A DNA stretch of 64,000 nucleotides, from positions 2,420,001 to 2,484,000 of the forward strand of contig CM075996.1 of the NCBI GenBank assembly GCA_038087875.1, in the 5' to 3' direction. This document shows, in pieces, positions 24,721 to 36,358 of this stretch. Source of the DNA: Malacoraja senta. Lineage: Eukaryota. How positions within the stretch are numbered: the first letter of the stretch is position 1; every line of letters starts with the position of its first letter. The position numbers and the translations under genes were made by a program. A model generated the notes under the pieces. The model was not told the DNA's origin, did not search any database, and saw nothing but the letters and a program-made list of their open reading frames with translations.

Positions 24721-27358
24721 TTACTTTTAATATGCTCCAATTCGATTCCAAGTATTACAGGATAAATTTTGTAAAACACATTCACTTAAGGGGTTTGAAA
24801 GCAGATATAGACTGCAATTTTTACTGTCAATGTTATAATTTACAGCCATGTACAAAAGGTGGAGATATCGTGCCGTAATTACATTACTAATGAAGGAAAC
24901 TCTGACCCAAGGTCTTACAACAATAAATCACAGTGCTCACCAGACCTGAATCACTAAGTTTTCAGTTAACCTCAATATTTTTTTAGAATATTGAAAAAAT
25001 CAACCTCAATTTTTTTCCATAAAAAGTATTCATTCTGCTAAAACACAACATTATGACCAGTAAAACGACAAGCAAATGGTCCAGTGACCTTTGTGAAGAA
25101 ATTCTTGCAGATGCCAGAGATCTGAAGTAAAGGAAGGGATTTCCAGAAATTCACAGAGGGTGCGGTGCTAACGTGCCTTGTCTTGTTTGAGGAATTGAAA
25201 GCCTGCATTCGCTTCCAGCATGTTTGCTTATGAGTTTCCTGATAAATTATTTTGCCACAACAAGCAGACATCACAGGCGACAGGGCATAGAAAAGACAAT
25301 TAACAAAAAGGTCTTGTCCAACGAAGATTTCAATTTTGTTTGACAGGTCCAGTTCATTTTACAAAAGATCACAAGAAACAGAAGCATATTGATCCTTTTT
25401 ATTGATTAAGAGCATGGTTGATCTTCTACCTTCGCTCTATTTTCAGCAGATCTCTTGATATCCAGAAATCTATCCATCTACGTTTTGAATCGACTTAAGG
25501 AACAAGCCTCCATTGCACTTTGGACAGAAATGGAATTTAAACTGGAGGTGGTGAAGAGTCCACCGTCAAACTCCAAACTCTGAACAATAACAGCCTATTG
25601 CATTTTATCTGTTTATTTATTGCGTATATATATGGTCTATGGTATATAAACACACTGAACTTTTATCCCCTGTTCTGTATTATGTTTACATATTCTGTTG
25701 TGCTGCAGCAAGCAAGAATTTCATTGTCCTATCTGGGACACATGACAATAAAACTCTCTTGACTCTTGGACTTAAGCAAAAAAGGATTCTTGGGAAAAAA
25801 AGAGCTACCTTAAATTTAGTTGCGTCTGGTTGGGTAACTACGGTAGGGTGAAGACTATTCCATGCTTTAATTGTGTTGGGGAACTCCATGGAGCAGCCAG
25901 CAACTCTGGATAGAAGAAATTGGGTGACGTTTCGAGTAGAGACCCTTCTTTAGACTCCCTCTGGTTTTAGTGTTTTTAGTTTAATTTAAAGATATAGCGT
26001 GGAAACAGGCCCTTCGGCCCACGCCGACCAATACCCGTACACTAGTTCTATCCCACACATTAGCGGAGTAAGCCAAGAGTCAAGAGTGTTTTATTCTCTC
26101 ACGTCCCAGTTAGAACAATGAAATCCTTACTTTATAATATATATACACACACACACAATTTCCTTCCTGGGATTAATAAAGTTCTATCGTACATCGTGTG
26201 TGTAGGAAGGAACTCAGATGCTGGTTTAAACTGTAGACACAAAAAGCTGGAGTAACTCAACAGGTCAGACAGAATCTCTGGACAAAAGGAAAATATTATG
26301 TTTTGGGTTGGATCTGAAAAAGGTGCCTGCACACCTTTGGAATGTGGAAGGAAACAAGAGCACCCGGAGAAAACCCATGCGATCAAGGGAAAAGGAGCAA
26401 ACTCCATACAGACAGCACCCATATTCAGGATCAATTCCGGGTCTCTGGCACTTTTAGGCAGCAACTTTATCAGATGATTGGAGTGGGGTTAGAGAGAGGA
26501 AGCATAGGTTACTTAAAATTAAAGAAATCAATGTTCATACCGCTGGGTTGTAGGCTGCCCAAGCGAAATAGGAGGTGCTGTTCCTACGTACTATTAAGTT
26601 CTATGTGCAAATACTCCTCAGCTTAAGAAGCTGGAAATTATCCACCCAGGTGCATTGTGAACTGAATACATGATCCACTCCATTCATTAGGCAGCGCAAT
26701 GCCTAATCACTAAATGTTTAGCCTGCGTTCTACTTTCATACAATAAAATAACGCTGTGCAATGAACACAATCAGAAACATGGATATAATCTTCTTGTTCG
26801 ATGCCATCCGTTGATGAGGTAGGCAGATTACAACAAAAGCAAAAACAATTTCACCATAATGATACAGTTCAGCTGCATGAATAATAATTTACAATCAAGG
26901 AAACAAAGAAGAATTAATAATAGTCCTAGCGACTAAAGACACCATCTGTAGCTTTGTGATACTGGATTTTATTTTCCACTGCGAAGTTAAGGTTCCTATC
27001 ATATTGGAAGGATTTCTGTAGCACTCACAGATCAATCTTTTTAAAAACATTTTATCCACTGCTCCCATTGTTTGAAACAGATGGAGCTTCAGTTTGACTA
27101 AGATCTGAGCAACAAGGGCATATTGTGGCACATAGTTAAATGAACAGTAATACTAGACAGTTATCCAACTATCAGCTTTCTTTTTAAAAGGAAGCCCAGC
27201 AGAAGTTTGTAATGCCCCAGAAAAAAAAACAAGGTCATCGGTACAACAGAAACAATAAAGTCATATTTCTTCTAATTTCAGCCAATGGGGGCATGACGGC
27301 AGCAAGCTTCCATCAGTACATCAGCTCTCTTTCGCTGATGAAGAGCAGCCAGGACAGC

Positions 27359-27914
27359 ACAAGGGGTCACAGTTTAAGGATAAGGGGGAAATCCTTTAGG
27401 ACCGAGATGAGAAAAACATTTTTCACACAGAGAGTGGTGAATCTCTGGAATTCTCTGCCACAGAAGGTAGTTGAGGCCAGTTCATTGGCTATATTTAAGA
27501 GGGAGTTAGATGTGGCCCTTGTGGCTAAAGGGATCAGGGGGTATGGAGAGAAGGCAGGTACAGGATACCGAGTTGGATGATCAGCCATGATCATATTGAA
27601 TGGCGGTGCAGACTCGAAGGGCCGAATGGCCTACTCCTGTACCTATTTTCTATGTTTCTATGATATGGGGAGAAGGCAGGAACGGGGTACTGATTGGGGA
27701 TGATCAGCCATGATCACATTGAATGGCGATGCTGGCTCGAAGGGCCAAATGGCCTACTCCTGCACCTATTTTCTATGTTTCTATGATATGGGGAGAAGGC
27801 AGGAACGAGGTACTGATTGGGGATGATCAGCCATGATCACACTGAATGGCGGTGCTGGCTCGAAGGGCCAAATGGCCTACTCCTGCACCTATTTTCTATG
27901 TTTCTATGTTTCTA
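27359..27914 (+). mobile_element. CR1 3' end followed by two extra tandem copies of the terminal ~125 bp
   Basis: RGHSLRIRGKSFRTEMRK... ORF; tail repeated at 27663-27785 and 27786-27914. Confidence 0.88.
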
Positions 27915-29219
27915 GCAGTAGGAAGACTACAACCACGACTGTTCACAAACAAATCACTAGGTGCACAGAGATGGAAACATGTCTTTCAAAAGGTGTCCAT
28001 AGGGAGGGGTAAGTAAACAGGGTGGAGGCAAGATGAAATCTGCAGAAAAAATATTGTGCTGTAAACTAAAAAAGAAAATGATCTAATTGAAGCAAACTGC
28101 AATTGCAACAAGCCCGAGCAAGCCCTCCAATAGTAAAAAAAAAAAAAATCCAAGTCATTAACCCTGTGAATGCCATGTAGGCAAATGCAAATGCTTTCAA
28201 GAAATTTTGAAAAATCATATAACCAGATATAATCAGATAAAAATCATATAATCATATATTTTTCTGGAGTAACTCAGCGGGAGTTACCTGACCCTTCTCC
28301 AGACTGCCCCAAACATCACCCATTCCTTCTCTCCAGAGATGCTGCCTTTCCCACTGAGTTACTCCAGCATTTTGTGTCTATCTTTGGAGTAAACCAGCAT
28401 CTGCAGTTCCTTCCTACACAAAGTCTTTTTCTATCTTCACCTAATACATCAGATGATGGGAAAAACAATCCGCTTTATGCAGAGGGCCAGAGAGACAGAT
28501 TTCAAAAACTAAAGTGTTAAAATTACAACATTGTTTCATCGATTTTTTGCTGGACTCATCACTAAGCAAAAACTGGAAAACATTAATCAAATATTTCCTC
28601 AAACAATTCCACTTTTAGTGTGGAATGCAAAAATATGATAACTTTGGTGAAATAGTTTCTCAGGAGAGGGACTGGGAAACAATAGACAATATGTCCATTC
28701 GGCCCTTCAAGCCAGCACTGCCATTCAATGTGATCACGGCTGATCATCCACAATCAGTGGTACACAAAAATGCCGGAAAAACTCAGCGGGTGCAGCAGCA
28801 TCTATGGAGCGAAGGAAATAGGCAACGTTTCAGGCCGAAATCCACAATCAGTACCCCGTTCCTGCCAATTCACTGGCCATAATTTTACAAGCCAGTGTAG
28901 AGTCTTTGTATTCCAATGGAAACTACAACTCATCTGTTGCTGGGTCTACAGAGAAGCTACGGTGATACAGATGAAAGATTAAACTTGGCACCTTCATGTG
29001 TGTATGTGGCGTAGAAGCACCCTGGGCAGCATGCATCAGTGAAAGAGCCCAGCTTTTTAAACAGACTTCACAAATGATTTACCACTTTACAAACACACAG
29101 ATCACCTGTCTTTCTGACAATGTTGTTGAAAGATGCAAATCAACTATCCAGGTTAATTTATCCTCTGACTACACCCAAGGATGCAAGAAGGTAGGGAAAA
29201 CCAGCTGAGTGCCATTTCA

Positions 29220-29945
29220 TAATCATAATCATAATAATCATACTTTATTAGCCAACTATGTTTTGCAACATACGAGGAATTTCATTTGCCATACAGTCAT
29301 ACCAATAAAAAGCAACAAAACACATTTTAACACGAACATCCACCACAGTGACTCCTCCACATTCCTCACTGTGATTGAAGGGGAAAAAAAGTTCAATCCC
29401 TCCCTTCTTTGCCCTCCAGCGGTCGGGGGCCTCTAACCTTCCGTTGACGGGACGATCTTACTCCCGTAGCCAGCAGCAGGCCTCCTTGTCGGGGCGATCA
29501 GTTCCTGCATCAGGGGGAATCTCAGCTCCCCCCGCGCTGGGCAATCTGCTTTTGGAGCTTCCCGACGTCGGTCTCAACCCTAGACTGCGAGCTCCTTGAT
29601 GTTAAAGTCCGCAGGCCACGGTTGGAGCATCGATCCCAGGAAAGGAATCGGTTCCGATGGAAAGACCACGCCCCGCGGTGGGGCTCAATGAGTCCTGAGG
29701 AAGGCCTCCAGCTCCATGATGTTAGGCCACAACTGGAGATACGATCCGGAAAACAATCGCATCTCCGGCAAGGTAAGAGATTGAAAAAAAAGTTCCTGCC
29801 GACCCACCCCCCCCCCCCCACATAAAAAAACCACAGAGAACATTAACACATAGTTTTTAAACACACTAAAAAATAAAATAAAAAGACGAAAAGGACAAAC
29901 AGACTGTAGGCGAGGCTGCCATCAAAGCGCCACCTGGTGTTCAAC
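29220..29945 (-). mobile_element. Non-autonomous LINE-related retroposon with (ATTATG)n tail
   Basis: Minus-strand AATAAA followed by a microsatellite tail; CpG-rich body; CATTTCA on both flanks. Confidence 0.6.
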
Positions 29946-30695
29946 TCATTTCAGTGTGTAACTGGAAGGCAACCTACAGGTTCTGGTATACCCTTACATC
30001 CGCTGTCCTTATTCTTCCAGATTACAGCTGCCGATTTGGGGAGTATTGCCAAAAAAGCTCTGCCGAGTCATTGTAGTGCACCTTTCAGATGGCACTCATT
30101 GCAATAATGAGGGGCAGTGTAATTTTGTTTTAAACCGGTGCATCAAATCAATGGCTTTAATGACAAATACGGCAGCCAATTCATACGTTCCATGTCCCAA
30201 ACACTGCAGAGATAAAAGACTAGTTGATCTACTTTTGGTGGTGTTGAAGTCGTGCCAGCTTTTACCCACTGCATCAGAGCAATTGCTGCATGCTGTAATG
30301 CTGTAGAACCTTTTACTTTTAAACAAGAGGGCCAGCAAAAGACTGCAATGTTCAGGAAAAGCACTTTCACTGCTGCTATGGAAACAAATGAGGCCTCAGT
30401 CTAACATTATCCACAAGCTGACCCTTACAACAATGGAGTACTCCCGTTTGAACACAGGGCCCTGCACTCGGTCTCTGATCAGGAGAGAATGGCAACTCGG
30501 GGTTAAATACACACTCGGCAACTTTATTTGGTTATCAACAAGTTTTGCATTTTGGTTTGGAGGCTTGGTGACTAAAATGTTCAATATAGGTCACACCAGG
30601 GAAATATAAATAAACAAATTATTCTGGGTGATGGGAGAAACAGAAAACTTGGCTGCTCTTTGGTTTTTATGTTTATATCAATAAACCTATTGGTA

Positions 30696-31130
30696 GTGTG
30701 TAGGAAGGAACTGTAGATGTAGGTTTCGGCCCGAAACGTTGCCTATTTCCTTCGCTCCATAGATGCTGCTGTACCCGCTGAGTTTCTCCAGCATTTTTGT
30801 GTACCAAGGAACTGTAGATGTTCAAGAAGGAACTGCAGATGCTGGAAAATCGAAGGTAGACAAAATTGCTGGAGAAACCCAGCAGGTGCGGCAGCATCTA
30901 TGGAGCGAAGGAAATAGGCAACATTTCGGCCCGAAACTTTGCCTATTTCCTTCGCTCCATAGATGCTGCCTCACCCGCTGAGTTTCTCCAGCAATTTTGT
31001 CTACCAAGGAACTGTAGATGCTGGTTTAATCCGAAGATAGTCACAAAATGCTGGAGTAACTCAGCGGGTCAGAAAGCATCTCTGGAGAAAAGGAATAGGT
31101 GACGTTTCGGGTCGAGACCCTTCTTCAGAC
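30696..31130. mobile_element. Nested cluster of Penelope-derived repeats
   Basis: AAGGAACTGTAGATG appears three times, separating modules in alternating orientation. Confidence 0.75.
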
Positions 31131-31822
31131 CTATTGGAAGTATTTTATTACCAATTGGTCATTTAATTGAACATACTCCAGTTCCTTCCTTGCAGTTCTT
31201 CATTTCAGTATAGAGGGATTAGAAACAAGGCACAATGCAAAAGAATAAAGAGTCATGTGCAGGAAGGAACTGCAGATGCTGGTTTAAACCGAAGATAGAC
31301 GCAGAATGCTGGAGTAACTCAGTGGGACAGGCAGCATCTCCGGAGTGAAGGAATGGGTGATGTTTCGGGACAGTCTGAAGAAGGTTGAAACATCACCCAT
31401 TCCGTCTCTCCGGAGATGCTGTCTGTCCCGCTGTGTTACTCCAGCATTTTGTGTCTATCTTCAAAAAAAAAAGCCACCCTGTGATTCCATGCAACTACCA
31501 ACCAGATTTGAATAACACTGGCCTGTTTAAGATCTCACACAGTAAACATGGCTTGGTGACCTACAAACTGGGAAGAGAAGAGGGCAGAATTACCCCCTCT
31601 AACCAAACATAAACAAATATTGAGCAAGTGACTAACCTGCCAACTTTTTTTCTGAACAGTAACCTTTCTTACTTTAAAAATTAAGCATGGATCATCTAAT
31701 TCCATAGATATCATCCAATGAATTTTCTCAAATAGGTACCAAAGATACCCTGTGATAATAATATATCATCTTTCACCTTAGGGGAAAATACAAAGTGAAA
31801 TAATTTTTGAGCACAGTTATTG

Positions 31823-32135
31823 TAAGTAAGTAAGTAAGTTTATTGGCCAAGTATTCACATACAAGGAATTTGCCTTGGTGCTCCGCCCACAAGTAACAAC
31901 ATGACATACAGTGACAGTTACGAATGACTCAGAAAACACTAACCATTAATAATAATAAAACATTAATGATAAAACACCATTGATCAAGCATGTGAACCAG
32001 CAAAATACCAGATCAAAGGGAGGCTACAGATTTCTGGCTGTTGAGTAGAGCAACTACTCGTGGATAAAAACTGTTTTTATGTCTGGCTGTGGCAGCTTTG
32101 ACAGTCTGGAGTCGCCTTCCAGAGGGAAGTGATTC
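31823..32135 (-). mobile_element. LINE 3' end with (TTAC)n tail; related copy at 40308-40482
   Basis: Shared GTAAGTTTATTGGCCAAGTATTCACATACAAGGAATTTGCCTTGGTGCTCCGCCC. Confidence 0.75.
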
Positions 32136-33776
32136 AAATTGTTGGAGCTAATATCGGCACATCAAGTGAAATATCCAATTATCTGTGTTATTAATGGGTG
32201 AGGAAGAACTACTGGCTAGATCACCAATAGCTGCATTACTCTTTAAACTGTGCTGGATAATCTTTTATGCCTAAATTCAGGGGGTATTTCAGAAACAGTT
32301 AATGCCATGAAGGCCCTCTGACAGTGAGGCACTCCCTAAGCCTCGTGGCCGAGCTACTTTCAACTGGTACCTCATGCTACAAACACTAATTGATCAGCAT
32401 CACTGCCATGAGCTTCTTTATTAATTGTGCAGACATTTCTGTGAAGATACAGAATCATCTGTCTCATGTAATGAACATCTACTGAGAAATTCGCAGGAAA
32501 GGATCAAGCAATCTTTATACTGGAGATAGACACAAAATGTTGGAGCAACTTAGTGGGACAGGCAGCATTTCTGGAGAGACCGAATGGGTGACGTTCCAGG
32601 TCGAGACCTTTCTTCACACACGCTTCCCCATGGTTCTGCTTCAAATATAACAAATCACAATTCTGCTACAGAGGTTCCAGGTTAAAATTACTTAAGCTCA
32701 TTCTCAGTTCCATTTGGGAAGTTTGTCAACACCTCCCATGCCTAAAACCTCTACAAGAAAGACAAGGGCAGCAGATACAAGGGAACACCATCCTGACTTG
32801 GAAAGTTATCACCATTCCCTTTTTGGTCAACGGGTCTGAATCTTGGAATCCCCCAGTCAATAGCACGGTGAGAACACTTTCACCAGAAGAAATGCAGGTC
32901 CGAAAGGCAGCTCATCATCACTGTCTCAAGAACAATTATGGATGGGCAATAAATTTGGTCTTGCAAGCAACATCCACATCCCAAATTTTTGTAATTAAAA
33001 AAAATTTACTCTGTGCACCCAAGTAAGAAAATAAATAATTCCGAATTTGGCACCCCTCTCCTCCACAAAACGATGTGTGCATTGGTACACAAAAAAGGTA
33101 GAATTAGGGTTCACTCTGATCATTCTGCATTGTTGAGTAGTCAGCCAACACCCACTGCCTGGTGTGGGCAAGGTACTGAATGACTACACCTTGCAGCAAG
33201 GATATAGAGGGTAAGCAAACTGTAGTTTGACATCCACCAAACCCCAGGTATGGCTCATTATAGCACAACTGATATACTCTTAAATCAGTAAAACCATCCA
33301 GTTATCCATTCCAATTCCAACAACATTCTCTGAAGCACCTCTGTTTTTGCTCTGGCTGCTGCGATCAATGCAGATGGTAAATACAAACAGGGCCCCGCTC
33401 TGATAAACAAGATGCTTGCGTACATCCTTTTCTCTTTCTCACATTCTTGCAGTTGCAATCTTGCAAAGTGCTTATTTATGCAGGCACGAACCACCTGCCG
33501 ATAAGTTAAGCAACATACAAAACCACAAAGGGATTGCAGTTAGGCAAGTTCTTCATGATGCTAAACTTCTGAAATATCAGAATTGGAGCACAGGGAACCT
33601 TCAGATGAGTAGAGATAAGTCTGCATCTACCTGCACATGAAGGGATGTTCTGAGTGAAGATAACATCCTCAAGACCAGTCCACAGAAAACAGATGTGGAT
33701 TTAAGGGGAAAAAATGTAGCCTACGTTGGCAAGTACTACACATTCACCTTTTATAAATGTATTCAAATATTGAAGC

Positions 33777-33976
33777 NNNNNNNNNNNNNNNNNNNNNNNN
33801 NNNNNNNNNNNNNNNNNNNNNNNNNNNNNNNNNNNNNNNNNNNNNNNNNNNNNNNNNNNNNNNNNNNNNNNNNNNNNNNNNNNNNNNNNNNNNNNNNNNN
33901 NNNNNNNNNNNNNNNNNNNNNNNNNNNNNNNNNNNNNNNNNNNNNNNNNNNNNNNNNNNNNNNNNNNNNNNNNNNN
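33777..33976. other. Assembly gap (200 N)
   Basis: Exactly 200 N, a round placeholder length; true size unknown. Confidence 0.99.
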
Positions 33977-34212
33977 CGGGTGCTGTCTGTACGGAGTTTG
34001 TACATTCTCCCTGTGACCGCGTTGGTTTTCTCCGGGTGCTCCGGTTTCCAACCACACTCCAAAGACGTGCAGGTTTGTCGGTTAATTGGCTTGGTATAAA
34101 TGTTTAAATTTGTCATTGGCGTGTGTAGGGTAGTGTTAACGTGCGGGGATCACTGGTCGACGCGGACTTAGTGGGCCGAAGGGCCTGTTCCCATGCTGTA
34201 TCACTAAACTAA
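33977..34212 (+). mobile_element. V-SINE, cut off by the gap
   Basis: Core and tail present; head falls in the N run. Confidence 0.85.
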
Positions 34213-34343
34213 AAGCTTCTCGCTGAACCTGGGTACTGGTGGCAATAATATATACAGCCTGTGCTGTGCGGCTGTTGTAAAGGGTGTGGGTGTGTGTGCA
34301 CTGCGGGGTTGATGTTAACCGACCTCCCCTCTCTGCCCCGCAG

Positions 34344-34499
34344 GCCTGGTACGCGAGCAGGAGGCCGGGCTGCAGGAGTTTATCCACCACGACGGCTTCT
34401 CGGTGCTGATGCGGGCCATGCAGAGCAGCGTGGAGAAGCTGAAGGTGAAGGCTGCGTTCCTGCTGCAGAACCTGCTTATCAGCAGCCCCGAGCACAAAG
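34344..34499 (+). CDS. HSPBP1: Hsp70-binding protein 1, internal exon (LVREQEAGLQEFIHHDGFSVLMRAMQSSVEKLKVKAAFLLQNLLISSPEHK)
   Basis: Acceptor ctctctgccccgcag and donor G|gttaga; 156 nt; peptide matches the HSPBP1 armadillo region. Confidence 0.93.
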
Positions 34500-34519
34500 G
34501 TTAGACTCTGCTGAAGCAG

Positions 34520-34655
34520 CTCAGGGCAGGGGTGGCAGTGCTGGGCAGGGGTGGCAGAGATCGTGCAGGGGAGGCAGAGCTGGGCAGGGGCAGCAGCGCT
34601 GGGCAGGGGTGGCAGCGCTGGGCAGGGGTGGCGGCTCAGGGCAGGGGTGGCAGCA
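34520..34655. repeat. G-rich minisatellite (GGGCAGGGGTGGCAGCGCT)-like
   Basis: About 7 degenerate units just after the HSPBP1 donor. Confidence 0.85.
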
Positions 34656-35447
34656 TAGAGAGAGAGTCCGATTCAAAAGCAGAGATTTATGTTTGACTGG
34701 TTCTTGTGTAGGAAGGAACTGCAGATGCCTCTTGAATACTGATGTATTCAAGAGAGAGTTGGATTTAGCTCTAAGGGCTAACTGAATCAAGGGATATGGG
34801 GAGAAAACAGGAACGAGGTACTGGTTCTGGATGATCAGCCATGATCATATTGAATGGTGGTGCTGGCTCGAAGGGCTGAATGGCCTACTCCTGCACCTGC
34901 TTTCTATGTTTCTATGCTGGTTTAAACCAAAGATAGACACAAAAAGCTGGAGTAACTCAGCGGGACAGACAACATCTCTGGAGAAAAGGAAGAGGTGACG
35001 TTTCGGGTCGAGACCCTTCTTCAGTCTGCGAGTCAAGGGAAAGGGAAAAGAGAGATATAGACGGTGATACAGAGAGATACGAGTGAAAAATAAGCAAAAA
35101 TGTAACGATGATAAACGAAACAGGCCATGTTAGTAGTGGGCTCGGTGAGAACGAGTTACAGACAATCAGACTCAACAAGACGACTTTGAAACTAGTACAA
35201 CGACTTTGGTGGGGGAGGGACGGAGAGAGAGGGGGATGCAAGGGCTACGTGAAGTTTGAGAAATCAATATCCATAACGCTGGGTTGCAAGGTTCTTGGTT
35301 AGTAAAGGGCATTAAAGGTTATGGGGTAAAGGCAGGAGAATGGGGTTGAGAGGGAAAAAATTGATCAGCCGTGATTGAATAGCAGAGCAGGCTTGATAGT
35401 GTTGAACATCTGTGATTCTCCACCCTGGAGAGTTATGCAGACTAGAT

Positions 35448-36358
35448 AGAGTCAGTGTCAAACGAAACAGGCCCTTCGGCCCAGCTGACTAAACTGCCCC
35501 ATCTAAGCTCATCCCATTTGCCACGTTTGGCTCATATCCCCCTTAAACCTTTCCTATCTCTGTTCATTTCAAATGTTGTTATTGTACCTGCCTCAACTAC
35601 ATCCTCTGGTAGCTCATTCCATATACTTCCCACCTCCTGAGTGAAGATGTTGCCCCTCAGTAGACTAAAGTCTCCGCCTCCGCTCGGTCCGCATTAACCA
35701 ACCTGACCTCCCGGTGGCTCAGCACTTCAACTCCCCCTCCCATTCTGAATCCGACCTCTCTGTCCTGGGCCTCCTCCATGGCCAGAGTGAGCACCACCGG
35801 AAATTGGAGGAGCAGCACCTCATATTCCACTTGGGCAGCCTGCACCCTAGCGGCATAAACATTGAATTCTCCAATTTCCGGTAGCCCTTGCTGTCTCCTC
35901 CCCTTCTCAGCTCTCCCTCAGCCCTCTGGCTCCTCCTCTTCCTTTTTCCTTTCTTCTCCCCGCTCCCCACCCTCCATCAGTCTGAAGAAGGGTTTCGGCC
36001 CGAAACGTTGCCTAGTTCCTTTGCTTCATAGATGCTGCCGCACCCGCTGAGTTTCTCCAGCACTTTTGTCTACCTTCGATTTTCCAGCATCTGCAGTTCC
36101 TTCTTAAACATGTTGCCCCTCAGTGTCCTATTATCTCTGTCCTCTCTCACCTTAAACCGATGTCTCTCGTCCTTGATTCTCCTACCTGGAGTAAAAGACT
36201 ACATTCACCCTGTCTATTCCCCTCACGATTGTCTACACCTCTATAACATTACCCCTCAGCCTCCTGCGCTCCAAGGAATAAACTCCTAGCCTGCCCAACC
36301 TCTCCTTGCAGCTCAGGCCCTCGATTCTAGGTAACGTCCTGGTAAATCTTCTCCGCGA
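35448..36358 (-). mobile_element. Older CR1 fragment hosting the Penelope insertion
   Basis: Colinear with 23200-23630 on both sides of 35662-36109. Confidence 0.75.
35662..36109 (+). mobile_element. Penelope-like retroelement 3' fragment (GIY-YIG endonuclease C-terminus plus terminal repeat)
   Basis: 35678-35884 translates LRSVRINQPDLPVAQHFNSPSHSESDLSVLGLLHGQSEHHRKLEEQHLIFHLGSLHPSGINIEFSNFR*; flanked by the 15-bp duplication ATGTTGCCCCTCAGT (35647-35661, 36110-36124). Confidence 0.85.

Noticed and set aside
33695..34116. ORFs spanning the N run
   Set aside because: Artefacts of translating Ns.
34136..34790. ORFs 34261-34785(+), 34136-34495(-) and 34521-34790(-)
   Set aside because: Wrong-frame or antisense shadows of the HSPBP1 exon and the adjacent minisatellite.
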